Origin: an uncultured Gammaproteobacteria bacterium
Lineage (GTDB): Bacteria > Patescibacteriota > Microgenomatia > UBA8517
DNA: 64,000 nucleotides
Assembly (NCBI GenBank): GCA_964583685.1
Contig: CAZOVJ010000002.1
Coordinates: 111,333-175,332 of the forward strand
Direction: 5' to 3'
Position 1 is the stretch's first letter. The number at the start of each line of letters is the position of its first letter. The notes beneath the pieces are model-generated. The model made no database searches and was not told the origin of the DNA. It saw only the letters and a program-made list of their open reading frames with translations. The position numbers and the translations under genes are program-made. Below are positions 39,913 to 49,232 of the stretch, in pieces.

Positions 39913-41562
39913 TTAAACTTCAACTACCACCGGTAAAATCATCGGTCGGCGGCCGGTTTGTTTAAAGAATAACTTCTCCAGAAAATTAATGGCCATTTCT
40001 TTAACTAGGCGTTTGTCAATTTTTTTTCTTTTCTCAATCTTTTCTTGTAATTCTGACCCTGCCCGAAGCAGAAAGGCCTTTTCTCTCTTCTCAAAAACAA
40101 AGCCTCTACTAATTAACTCGGGAGGGGTCAAGAATTGCCGATTATTTCTATCTATCTGTATTAGAACAATGACCACTCCTTCTTTAGCCAAAATCTGTCT
40201 ATCTCGAAGGACAACATTGCCAACATCGCCAATGCCCAGCCCGTCTACTAAAACATCTTTAACTGGAATCCTCTGGCTGATTTTAGCATTTTTGTCTTTA
40301 AATTCGACCACGTCTCCGGGCATTAATTCGAAAACAGAGTCAGATTTTGCACCCATGTTTTGGGCTAGGTGCTTATAGGCTCGCATGTGTCTAATCGTTC
40401 CTCCAATCGGCAAAAAATATTTAGGCTTAATTAGGGCAAAAAGCATCTCTATATCTTTCTGGCTTCCATGGCCAGAAACATGCAAGTTTTCCTGTATATC
40501 GTAATAATGAACATCCGTATTAAGCTGGATAAGATTGTCAACAACATAATCGACATTAGCTTTTGATCCGGGTGGGGCCGGGTCAGAAGAAAAAATCACC
40601 TGGTCACCTGGTTCAATTGTGAGAAGCTCGTGTTCAGCCAAAGACAGCCTGTGTAAAGCACTACCTGGTTGCCCATAGCTTCCAGAGATAATATAGGTAA
40701 TCTTTTCCTTCCTTAGCCTTTGGGCTTGTTTGGCGGGAATAACCAATCCCGGAGAATAAGTTAGATAGCCAAGTTTCCTAGCAACACCCGCCTTGTTTTC
40801 TATAGAACGACCAATAAAGGAAACCTTGCGTCCCAAACTTTTGGCCACATTTATTGCCTGTTGTATTCTTGAAATGTTTGAGGAAATGGTGGTAAAGAAT
40901 ATTTTGCCCCTTGTTTCTCTGGCTATTTTTAAAATTCTTCTCTCTATTTGCTTTTCGCTTTCGGTATATCCTGGAGTAGTCGCACCCAGAGAATCCGAAG
41001 CCAGGGCCAAAACCCCGCCTGAAGCCAAAGCAGCCACTTTTTCGACAGCAAAAGGTTTTCCGTCAACTGGTGTCCAATCAAATTTGTAATCAGATACATG
41101 GAAAATTCGCCCTTCAGGAGTATCTATGGCAAAACCCACGCTGTCCGGAACCGAATGGCACACCCTAAAGGGAACAATCCTAAATGGCCCGATTGATAAG
41201 CTATCCTTATCCGGGTCGAAAACATTAATCTTTCGGTTTGACAATCGATAATCCTTAAACTTATCTTCAATAAAACCAGCAACCAGACGGCTTGAATAAA
41301 TTGGCACAGAAATATCTTTAAGTAAAAAAGGCAGGGCACCAAGATGGTCCTCGTGCCCATGGGAGATAAAAATAGCCTTCAGTTTTTTTGAATTTTTATA
41401 AATATAAGAAAAGTCAGGTATCAACAAATCAACCCCAAACATCTCAGATCCGGGAAAGCCCACTCCGCAGTCTAAAATAATCATATCCTCTCCATATTCA
41501 TATAGGTAGAGATTTTCGGTTACTCCTGTTGTTCCTGAGATAGCTATAAAACGTAAAGGCAT
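39913..41562 (-). CDS. rnj: Ribonuclease J
   Basis: SHGHEDHLG, HSVPD, HVSGH, RRPMILP. Confidence 0.96.
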   Translation of the reverse strand: MPLRFIAISGTTGVTENLYLYEYGEDMIILDCGVGFPGSEMFGVDLLIPDFSYIYKNSKKLKAIFISHGHEDHLGALPFLLKDISVPIYSSRLVAGFIEDKFKDYRLSNRKINVFDPDKDSLSIGPFRIVPFRVCHSVPDSVGFAIDTPEGRIFHVSDYKFDWTPVDGKPFAVEKVAALASGGVLALASDSLGATTPGYTESEKQIERRILKIARETRGKIFFTTISSNISRIQQAINVAKSLGRKVSFIGRSIENKAGVARKLGYLTYSPGLVIPAKQAQRLRKEKITYIISGSYGQPGSALHRLSLAEHELLTIEPGDQVIFSSDPAPPGSKANVDYVVDNLIQLNTDVHYYDIQENLHVSGHGSQKDIEMLFALIKPKYFLPIGGTIRHMRAYKHLAQNMGAKSDSVFELMPGDVVEFKDKNAKISQRIPVKDVLVDGLGIGDVGNVVLRDRQILAKEGVVIVLIQIDRNNRQFLTPPELISRGFVFEKREKAFLLRAGSELQEKIEKRKKIDKRLVKEMAINFLEKLFFKQTGRRPMILPVVVEV

Positions 41563-41572
41563 GATTAGAAAT

Positions 41573-42175
41573 TTATACCAGTTCCATTTGCTCTACTTCT
41601 AATTTGTCAGCTTCTTCCAAAATTTCCGGAAGATTGAGAAAATCCTCTCTTGTTTGATCCAAAATTCCCTTGTTTCGTAAGGCTGCGGCCGGATGATACA
41701 TTGGCATCAGGGTTATCTTTCTCCCCCCCCAGTTTACTATACGAGGCTTGCCATGAATACTACTAATCCGAACATTCGGTAGAAACTTAGCCATTGAAAA
41801 GCGGCCCAGAGTAACAATGATTTTGGGTTGGATAATCTCAATAATCTTATCTAGATATGGCCGGAAGGCGGCAATTTCCTTGGGAAGAGGATCTCTATTA
41901 TTTGGCGGACGAAAACAGACAACATTTGTTATAAAAACATCCCCCCGGAGCACTTTAATAGACTGAAGTAGTTGATTTAAAAGAGTACCGGCCCTACCAA
42001 CAAAAGGCCTCCCTTTTTGATCTTCCCAATATCCTGGCCCTTCGCCAATAAAAAGAATCTTAGCCTTGGGATTTCCTTCACCAAAGACGAGATTTGTTGC
42101 CTTTTCCCGAAAGGGAAGTCGCATATCAGAGGCCATTCTTTCTTTCAATTGTTTCAGTTTTTCTTTTTTATCCAT
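41573..42175 (-). CDS. Uracil-DNA glycosylase family 4
   Basis: GEGPG..ED..GRPFVGRAG, RPPNNR, YHPAAAL. Confidence 0.92.
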   Translation of the reverse strand: MDKKEKLKQLKERMASDMRLPFREKATNLVFGEGNPKAKILFIGEGPGYWEDQKGRPFVGRAGTLLNQLLQSIKVLRGDVFITNVVCFRPPNNRDPLPKEIAAFRPYLDKIIEIIQPKIIVTLGRFSMAKFLPNVRISSIHGKPRIVNWGGRKITLMPMYHPAAALRNKGILDQTREDFLNLPEILEEADKLEVEQMELV

Positions 42176-42180
42176 GGAGA

Positions 42181-43221
42181 TTATTGAAGTAAATATTCCT
42201 TCAGGTTCTCTCGTGTAATTCTAACACTTTGACTTTGGCCCCCAACCAGTTGCCTGGCTACCTTCCTGGTAATTCCGGCAATAGTTCTTTCAAGAGTCCT
42301 TATTCCTGCGTCAAAACCTAGAGGTCTGACTATATTTGACCAAACACCTTCGTCAAAAACCAACGTTCCTTCAGGGATACCTGCCTCTTTCATTACCTTG
42401 GGTAGGAGATAATCTTTACCTATGGTTATCTTTTCTTTGTCAGAGTAGGACGGCATGGATATTGGTTCTAATCTATCTAAAACAGCGGTGGCGATATTTG
42501 TTGTATTGTTGGCGGTGGTAATAAAAAGAACTCCGGAGAGGTCAAAGGGATAATCAATATAATGATCCACAAACGCTTGATTTTGTTCAGGGTCCAAAAG
42601 TTCAACTAAAACCCCCATTATCGAAGCCCGACCTTGGTCTGTCACCCTGTCAATTTCATCTAAAAGTATTACCGGATTTTTGCTCTGGGCAGCAGCCAAT
42701 GCCTTAATCACCTTCCCGGGTTCTGCTTCTGGGTGCATTCTAGACTGTCCTCTTAAATCAAAGGGGCTACCCATTCCTCCGAATGGAATTCGACAAAATT
42801 TTCTTCCCATCGCCTCGGCAATTGAATAAGCAACTGTCGTTTTCCCCGTCCCCACCAGGCCAACAAAGCAAAGGATTGGGGCTCGCACTAAATTCTCCCC
42901 ACTCCTTTCTTGTTTTAGTTTTATTACCGATATGTATTCTAAAATTCTATTTTTGATCTCATTTAAACCATGGTGATTCTTATCAAGAACTTTTTTAGCA
43001 TGTTCCAAATCTAAGATATCCTTTGTTCTTTTGTTCCAAGGAAGATTAGTTAACCAATTAATATAACGATTAATTCTATCAAGCTCGGGTAAGAAAGTCT
43101 GTGAATCGCTTAGTTTGGACAACTGCTCTAAGCGATTAAGAATAACTTCTGCTAGTTTCTGGGGTAGAGCAGCTGCCTTGACCTTTTGAGAAAGAACCGA
43201 TATTTGATCAATGCTATTCAC
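42181..43221 (-). CDS. Lon-type AAA+ ATPase module without N-domain or protease domain
   Basis: LPW..LDKNHHGL.EIK.RILEY, GTGKTT, NPVILLDEID, LLDPEQN.AFVDHY, FITTAN, LDRLE; ends after the alpha domain. Confidence 0.88.
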   Translation of the reverse strand: MNSIDQISVLSQKVKAAALPQKLAEVILNRLEQLSKLSDSQTFLPELDRINRYINWLTNLPWNKRTKDILDLEHAKKVLDKNHHGLNEIKNRILEYISVIKLKQERSGENLVRAPILCFVGLVGTGKTTVAYSIAEAMGRKFCRIPFGGMGSPFDLRGQSRMHPEAEPGKVIKALAAAQSKNPVILLDEIDRVTDQGRASIMGVLVELLDPEQNQAFVDHYIDYPFDLSGVLFITTANNTTNIATAVLDRLEPISMPSYSDKEKITIGKDYLLPKVMKEAGIPEGTLVFDEGVWSNIVRPLGFDAGIRTLERTIAGITRKVARQLVGGQSQSVRITRENLKEYLLQ

Positions 43222-43242
43222 AATCTAAATATACCATGCCCT

Positions 43243-45471
43243 CTAGCGTCTAAAGCGGCCTCTAGGTTTAGGCTGTAAAAATCGACTTGTCGGAAAATGG
43301 GGCCCAGAAGAGGATTTTGTTCTAGACCTAGGTCTAGATCTGGTAAAACCTCCCTTTCTTTGATCTCTTCTTTTTCTATCCCTGCTTGCATCCATCATCA
43401 TAGAAAGATTAATTCGTCCTAAATTATCAATTTCTTTGACACGGACTTTAACCCTATCACCAATTTTCACAACCTTAGAAGGGTCATCAACAAACTTATC
43501 CGACATATCTGAAACATGAACCAGTCCCTCTTTTCCTGGCAGGATTTCAACAAAAGCGCCAAACGGCTGAATCCTCTTAACTTCACCTTCATAAATCTCC
43601 CCGGCCTTTATCTCTTTGGTAAGAGCCTCTATCTGTTGGGCAGCCGCTTTTACCTTTTCATCACTCATAGCAGAAATGTTCACCTTTCCCTCATCTTCAA
43701 CATCAATCTGAGCCCCGGTTTCAGCAATAATTTTGCGTATAATCCTGCCCCCGGGACCAATAATCTCACCAAGTTTGTCCTGAGGAACCTTGATGACTTT
43801 TATTTTCGGAGCATAATCAGAAACTTTCAAACGGGGTTTGGAAATTGCCTTAGCTAACACCTTAAAAATTTCCAAGCGTCCCTTCTTTGCCTGGTCCAAG
43901 GCCTTTTCAAGCATGGCTAGCGTCAAGTGGAGAGTTTTTACATCCATCTGTAAAGCTGTTATCCCTTTTTCTGTTCCCGCTATTTTAAAATCCATATCTC
44001 CGATCTTGTCCTCTAAGCCAGTTATATCCGATAAAATAATAAATTCCTTTTCATTTTTAATTACCAGACCCAAAGCCAGCCCAGAAACCGGACACTTAAT
44101 GGGAACACCGGCATCCATAAGGGCCAGAGTTGAGCCACAAACTGCAGCCATGGAGGTTGATCCATTCGAACTTAAAATCTCAGAAACTACTCTTACTGTA
44201 TAGGGAAACTTTTCTTCAGAAGGAATAACCGGCAAAAGAGCTTTTTCGGCCAGTGCCCCATGTCCTATCTCGCGACGTGAAGGCCAACCCAATCTTCCGG
44301 TTTCACCCAGAGAATAAGGGGGCATTGAATAATGATGAATATAGCGCTTGGTTTCCTCGCCTTCGGCCGATTCAATCAATTGCTCCAGAGAGGGAGAGCC
44401 AAGAGTAACCACCGATAAAGCCTGGGTTTTGCCCCTGGAGAAGATTGCCGAGCCATGGGTTCTGGGCAAAATTTCCACCTCTGCTCGTAATCGGCGAATC
44501 TCCTCCGGTTTTCTCCCATCCGGCCTTTTACCGGAAAAGATAAGCTTCCTCGCTTCACTGTCAAATAATTTATCAAAAATGACCTTTCCTTGAGCCTGTT
44601 CCTTGTCTGATAAGCTTTCCAGAGTTGCTTGTTTCATTATTTCATATTCTGTCACCCCCGCTTTCTTGCTAGCAATTTTTTCAATTAAGCCAGATATGTC
44701 CTTGGCTACCAACTTCTTAATTTTGCTTTGCAGAGTAGTATCAGAAACTTCTTTGGCTAAAGGTTGCTTCTTATTACCCACCTCTTGGCTAAAAGCATTG
44801 ATAAAATCAATAATTTTTCTATTCTCGCCCTGGGCATAGGAAATGGCACCTAAAACTTCGTTCTCCGTAACCTCTCTGGCCATTCCCTCGATCATAATCA
44901 CTCCATCAGCCCTACTCGTCACTACCAAATCCATATTTGAGGAAGATAGCTCTGAATCTTTAGGATTAGTAAAATAGGTCCCGTCTTTTATGCCCACCCT
45001 CACTATACCCACAGGTCCGGACCAGGGAATAGGAGAAATCGCCAGGGCAGCCAAAGTGGCAATGGCTGAAACTATATCTGGGTTGTTTTCTAAATCAACA
45101 GAAAGAACAGTAGCAATAATCTGAACCTCTTCCTTATAACTTTCAGAGAAAAGTGGCCGAATAGACCTATCAATGAATCTAGCAGTCAATATCTCGCTCT
45201 CTGAGGGCCTTCCCTCTCTTTTTACCCAACGGCTTCCCTTAATTCTGCCTCCGGCATAGAGCCTTTCTCTATACTCAACCATCAAAGGGAAATAACCCCA
45301 ATCCTCTTTTTGAGGCGAACTAACCGCTGTTACCAAAACAACAGTCTCTCCGTATGAAGCCAAAACAGCAGCAGAAGCTTGCCCAGCTACGTGCCCGGTA
45401 GAAAGGGTCAACTTTTCCCCTCCCAACTCAATAGACTTTTCTATCTTCTGGGAATTTTTTCTTTTTGACAT
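43243..45471 (-). CDS. pnp: Polyribonucleotide nucleotidyltransferase
   Basis: RREIGHG, SNGSTSMA, GDMDFK, KH and S1 domains. Confidence 0.97.
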   Translation of the reverse strand: MSKRKNSQKIEKSIELGGEKLTLSTGHVAGQASAAVLASYGETVVLVTAVSSPQKEDWGYFPLMVEYRERLYAGGRIKGSRWVKREGRPSESEILTARFIDRSIRPLFSESYKEEVQIIATVLSVDLENNPDIVSAIATLAALAISPIPWSGPVGIVRVGIKDGTYFTNPKDSELSSSNMDLVVTSRADGVIMIEGMAREVTENEVLGAISYAQGENRKIIDFINAFSQEVGNKKQPLAKEVSDTTLQSKIKKLVAKDISGLIEKIASKKAGVTEYEIMKQATLESLSDKEQAQGKVIFDKLFDSEARKLIFSGKRPDGRKPEEIRRLRAEVEILPRTHGSAIFSRGKTQALSVVTLGSPSLEQLIESAEGEETKRYIHHYSMPPYSLGETGRLGWPSRREIGHGALAEKALLPVIPSEEKFPYTVRVVSEILSSNGSTSMAAVCGSTLALMDAGVPIKCPVSGLALGLVIKNEKEFIILSDITGLEDKIGDMDFKIAGTEKGITALQMDVKTLHLTLAMLEKALDQAKKGRLEIFKVLAKAISKPRLKVSDYAPKIKVIKVPQDKLGEIIGPGGRIIRKIIAETGAQIDVEDEGKVNISAMSDEKVKAAAQQIEALTKEIKAGEIYEGEVKRIQPFGAFVEILPGKEGLVHVSDMSDKFVDDPSKVVKIGDRVKVRVKEIDNLGRINLSMMMDASRDRKRRDQRKGGFTRSRPRSRTKSSSGPHFPTSRFLQPKPRGRFRR

Positions 45472-45740
45472 TATCTTTTCAATCCTAAGTTCTTTATCAG
45501 CTTCTTATAGCGTTGCTCATCTCGCTTGTTGAGATAACTTAAAAGCCTTCTTCTTTTAGCCACCATGTTGAGCAATCCTCGCCTTGAGTGAAGGTCTTTT
45601 TTGTGCTCATCTAAATGTTTAATAAGCCTATTAATTTGTACACTCAGAAGCGCTATCTGTACCTCCGGAGAACCAGTGTCACCCTTCTCACGAGCATACT
45701 TTTTGATAATTTTTTGCTTTTCTTGCTTCGCTAACGCCAT
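45471..45740 (-). CDS. rpsO: 30S ribosomal protein S15
   Basis: [19 protein letters not shown]. Confidence 0.98.
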   Translation of the reverse strand: MALAKQEKQKIIKKYAREKGDTGSPEVQIALLSVQINRLIKHLDEHKKDLHSRRGLLNMVAKRRRLLSYLNKRDEQRYKKLIKNLGLKR

Positions 45741-45746
45741 ATCGCC

Positions 45747-45803
45747 ATGTTAAGCAAAGTAAACCGTTCCACCAACTGGCAAACGGATAAACCTTGCTTA
45801 CAT
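45747..45803 (-). promoter_or_regulatory. Structured rpsO 5' leader (candidate S15 autoregulatory RNA)
   Basis: Long hairpin TAAGCAAGGT/ACTTTGCTTA enclosing CCGTT/AACGG; promoter TTGAGT-N17-TATTAT at 45811-45839. Confidence 0.6.
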
Positions 45804-45870
45804 CCTTCGAATAATATCACAGCTAACCTTAAAACTCAAAAAACAAAAAGAACCCACCTGGTTATCCTTC

Positions 45871-46713
45871 TTAGCTTATTGTATTTCCTTTATAGATTTT
45901 CGGTTCGAGCCAAGATTTCGGAGGCTCCTCTTTTTTATTAACTTGAGAAGTCTGTTTGGGTATTGCCCCGGCCGGAAAAACCCGGGGGTCAACCTGATGT
46001 CGAGGAGCCCTCTGACCACCTGCACGCATAAGTTCAGAGGCGATAGCAAATGTTTCTGCTGTAACTTCCGGAACTGTAAAATTCTTACTACCATGCTCGA
46101 TTCCCAGTAAAAGATTGCTAGCAATATCGGCATTAAAACTAAACCCACTTTCTTTAATTAAAGTGGCAGCCACCTCTGAAACAGAAGAGGCTGGTCTTGC
46201 CAAGGATATTATCTTGCGATTGTCAGAAGTAGAAACCGCCCTTGTTCCAATATGGACAGTTTTTGTTTCGAGAAAATCACTTGTTGAAAGGGCGGGAAAA
46301 TGCTTCTCGCTTCTCCCCCCAAAAAGGACAAGTAAATCACTGGAAACCCCACTATAGGAAAACTCAATTTGCTCCTTTTTCGGAGATGTAACACCCGCTT
46401 TTGGCGTAACCGTTAAACGAAATTCCTTGTTTTCAATATCATAACCCACTCTTTCAATATCATCTGCTCTATAGCCAACAAATCTAATTATCAAATTTTT
46501 ATTCCCTTGCTCTGAATTTATTTTGTTGACTCCAACCAGACGATTAAATTCGACCAGCATCGGGGTTGGACAAGAAATGCTCACCTCTTTTTTATCTGAA
46601 AGAAACAGATAAAACGACAGTCCAGCAGCCACCTGATCGAAAAATGGGTTTATGGGCAAGAGAATAAGAACAGACTTACTTGTATCGAGAAGGGGCTTTA
46701 AAGAATTTTCCAT
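45871..46713 (-). CDS. Degenerate DHH-family (NrnA-like) protein
   Basis: SVLILLP.NP.FD..AAGL, ASSVSEV, ADIASNLLLGI..F...V.AETF..A.ELM..G pattern; DHH motif absent; position after infB. Confidence 0.6.
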   Translation of the reverse strand: MENSLKPLLDTSKSVLILLPINPFFDQVAAGLSFYLFLSDKKEVSISCPTPMLVEFNRLVGVNKINSEQGNKNLIIRFVGYRADDIERVGYDIENKEFRLTVTPKAGVTSPKKEQIEFSYSGVSSDLLVLFGGRSEKHFPALSTSDFLETKTVHIGTRAVSTSDNRKIISLARPASSVSEVAATLIKESGFSFNADIASNLLLGIEHGSKNFTVPEVTAETFAIASELMRAGGQRAPRHQVDPRVFPAGAIPKQTSQVNKKEEPPKSWLEPKIYKGNTIS

Positions 46714-46721
46714 CTTTATCT

Positions 46722-48140
46722 CTATTTGCTCACGGATACTAACATATCACCAACTCTAAAATCAAGTTGAGGTTTAAATAACAAACCACACTCTTCTCCT
46801 GTTATAACTCTTCCAACGTTATCCTTCTGTTTTTTCATGGAAATTATTTCTACTTCTCCTAATTTTTTTTCTTGCCGCCTGAGAATCAGGTGCTCAGATT
46901 TCAAAATTCTGCCCTCCAAGACCTGGCACCCGGCAATCTTTTTGTTATCAAATGGAAAGGTCGCTACTATCTTTGCCCGGCCAGCAATTTCTTCCTTCTC
47001 CTTCTTAACCAAATCTTCTAGAAATTCAAAAAGCTCATATATGACATTGAAGTCGAAAATCGCCACCCCTTCAGTTTTTGCTAATCTTTGTATTTGGCTT
47101 GGGGTCTTAATTTTAAAAGTACAGATATCCGCTCCTCCTGACTTTGCTAAAAAGATATCAGATTGGTTAACTTCACCTATATCAGTGAACAAAAGGTTAA
47201 TTCCATCTGGAATATTAGTCAACAGGGCCTGTAAAGACCCTGTTTTGTCAGCCTTGATGAGAACGGGTATATAATCTTTTGATTTTTTGCTGGCAGAAAC
47301 AATCTTTGTCTTTTCTATTTTGGGAACAGCTTTTTGTTTTGTCCCCTTCTTTTCTAAACTGCGTATCCGAGAACCAATCTTTGGTAAAGAATCAAAACCA
47401 AGTATCTGCCCCGGGTACCCGGCCAGAATCATCTTTACTGGTTTCCCTCCCTGGAAAAGACCCCTTACCTTACAGCCAATACTATCCGTCGTTATAAGGT
47501 CATTAACCTTTAAGTGGCCACTACGTTGGATTATTGAAACGAGCAACCCACTTCTATCTTTAGATGTTTCAATAACCACCGCCTCTAATTCTTTTGAAGA
47601 ATCCGCTCCAATCTCATTTACTTCTGCCACTAAAGTTATCATTTCCAAAAGATCTTCAATTCCTTGTCCTGTTTTGGCAGAAACAGAAATTAAAGGAACA
47701 TTTCCCCCTCTTCCCTCAAAAGCAATCCCCTCTTTTTCCAGCTGATTTTTTACTGTTTCGACAGAGGCAGATTGGAGATCTGTTTTAGTTACAGCCACAA
47801 CAAAGGGAATTCTAGCTTGATTGATATAGCCGATTGCTTCCTTTGTCTGAGGTTTTACCCCGGCACCTGCTGAAACAACCAAAACGGCCATATCCGCCAC
47901 TTTTGCTCCCTGCGACCTCATTTGGGTAAAGGCAATGTGTCCGGGAGTATCTATAAAGGCAATCTTTTTTCTCTTTTTGGCGGTTACAACCGATACCCCA
48001 ATACTCTGGGTAATTCCCCCAACTTCCCGCTGGGCAACACTTGTCTTTCTTACGGCATCCAGGAGAGTTGTCTTCCCATGATCAACATGGCCTAAGACAG
48101 CAACAACCGGTGGGTGAAATTTTTTCTCATTGCTTTTCAT
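46722..48140 (-). CDS. infB: Translation initiation factor IF-2, minimal form
   Basis: [35 protein letters not shown]. Confidence 0.95.
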   Translation of the reverse strand: MKSNEKKFHPPVVAVLGHVDHGKTTLLDAVRKTSVAQREVGGITQSIGVSVVTAKKRKKIAFIDTPGHIAFTQMRSQGAKVADMAVLVVSAGAGVKPQTKEAIGYINQARIPFVVAVTKTDLQSASVETVKNQLEKEGIAFEGRGGNVPLISVSAKTGQGIEDLLEMITLVAEVNEIGADSSKELEAVVIETSKDRSGLLVSIIQRSGHLKVNDLITTDSIGCKVRGLFQGGKPVKMILAGYPGQILGFDSLPKIGSRIRSLEKKGTKQKAVPKIEKTKIVSASKKSKDYIPVLIKADKTGSLQALLTNIPDGINLLFTDIGEVNQSDIFLAKSGGADICTFKIKTPSQIQRLAKTEGVAIFDFNVIYELFEFLEDLVKKEKEEIAGRAKIVATFPFDNKKIAGCQVLEGRILKSEHLILRRQEKKLGEVEIISMKKQKDNVGRVITGEECGLLFKPQLDFRVGDMLVSVSK

Positions 48141-49146
48141 CAGATTTGGATTTTTTCTTCCCCTTCTTTTTTATCTCTTCAACCTCAATTACCCAATTAA
48201 CAAGCTGTCCTGCTAATTTTACGTTTTGGCCTTCTTTGCCAATTGCCAAAGAAAGCTGGTCCTCAGGAACAATAACTTTAGCCAACTTCTTTTTCTTATC
48301 TAATTCAACGCCACCGATTTCGGCTGGAGCCATAACGCCCTTAATGAAATCTTCCGGCTTATCAGACCAAGGAATAACATCAATCCTTTCTCCTCCTAAT
48401 TCACTGGTTACTGCCTGAACCCGAACTCCCTTTTGGCCAACACAGGATCCAACCGGATCTATTCCAGATTGACTAGAAAAAACAGCCAATTTTGTTCTTA
48501 CTCCCGGTTTTCTGGCAATTGCCTTTAGCTCAACGCTTTTAGAGGCAACCTCAGGAACTTCCCTTTCAAAAAGTTTTTTAACAAATTCCACGTCGGCACG
48601 AGATAAAATAATTTCTTTGCCACGAAGACCTTCTTTTATCTCTTTTAGCAAAAACATTAATCTCTGATTAGGAATAAGCCTCTCATTGGGAATCCTCTCT
48701 ATTGCCGGCATTCTTGCTTCTGTTCTTCCCAAGTCCACTCTTACGTCTGGGCCATCAAAGCGAAGAATTTTCCCAGAAACTAATGTTCCTACCCGAGCAG
48801 TAAACTCATCCATTATTACTCCCTTTTCCGCTTCTCTAATCTTCTGATAAATAACTTGTTTTGCTGTTTGGGCGGCGATTCGACCAAAACCTGGAGGAGT
48901 AACCTCTTTCTTCTTTTTGGGTTTATCCGGATGATAGGCGAAAATTTTCACTTTCCCACTAACTGGGTCTATCTCAACCTCATATTCAAAATCCACTACC
49001 TCGTCTCCATGGTCTCGTGCATCCCTCTTAAAAGCAGCAATAATTGCCTGCTTGATTGTTTCAATAATAACCTTGGTATCCAAGCCTCGCTCATTGGCGA
49101 TGGCTTTTAATGCCTGGGTAAATTCTGTTCTTGGTATTTGTACCAT
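48127..49146 (-). CDS. nusA: Transcription termination factor NusA
   Basis: FGRIAAQTAKQVI, DPVGSCVG, LAIGKEGQNV; ATG at 49146 after AAGGAG. Confidence 0.97.
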   Translation of the reverse strand: MVQIPRTEFTQALKAIANERGLDTKVIIETIKQAIIAAFKRDARDHGDEVVDFEYEVEIDPVSGKVKIFAYHPDKPKKKKEVTPPGFGRIAAQTAKQVIYQKIREAEKGVIMDEFTARVGTLVSGKILRFDGPDVRVDLGRTEARMPAIERIPNERLIPNQRLMFLLKEIKEGLRGKEIILSRADVEFVKKLFEREVPEVASKSVELKAIARKPGVRTKLAVFSSQSGIDPVGSCVGQKGVRVQAVTSELGGERIDVIPWSDKPEDFIKGVMAPAEIGGVELDKKKKLAKVIVPEDQLSLAIGKEGQNVKLAGQLVNWVIEVEEIKKKGKKKSKSDEKQ

Positions 49147-49166
49147 AGCTCCTTTCAATCTGTCTT

Positions 49167-49198
49167 AACAAAAACGGTGGGCACTCATCCCACCGCTC
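49167..49198 (-). terminator. Hairpin plus U-tract in the nusA leader
   Basis: GCGGTGGG-ATGAGTG-CCCACCGT-TTTTGTT. Confidence 0.65.
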
Positions 49199-49232
49199 CT
49201 TAAATCCTAACCTGTTTCCCAGTTTACTCCAC

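Noticed and set aside
43321-43338. Perfect 18-bp palindrome TCTAGACCTAGGTCTAGA in the pnp tail
   Set aside because: About 0.25 such palindromes are expected by chance in 64 kb (64000/4^9), and it encodes a low-complexity SRPRSR stretch
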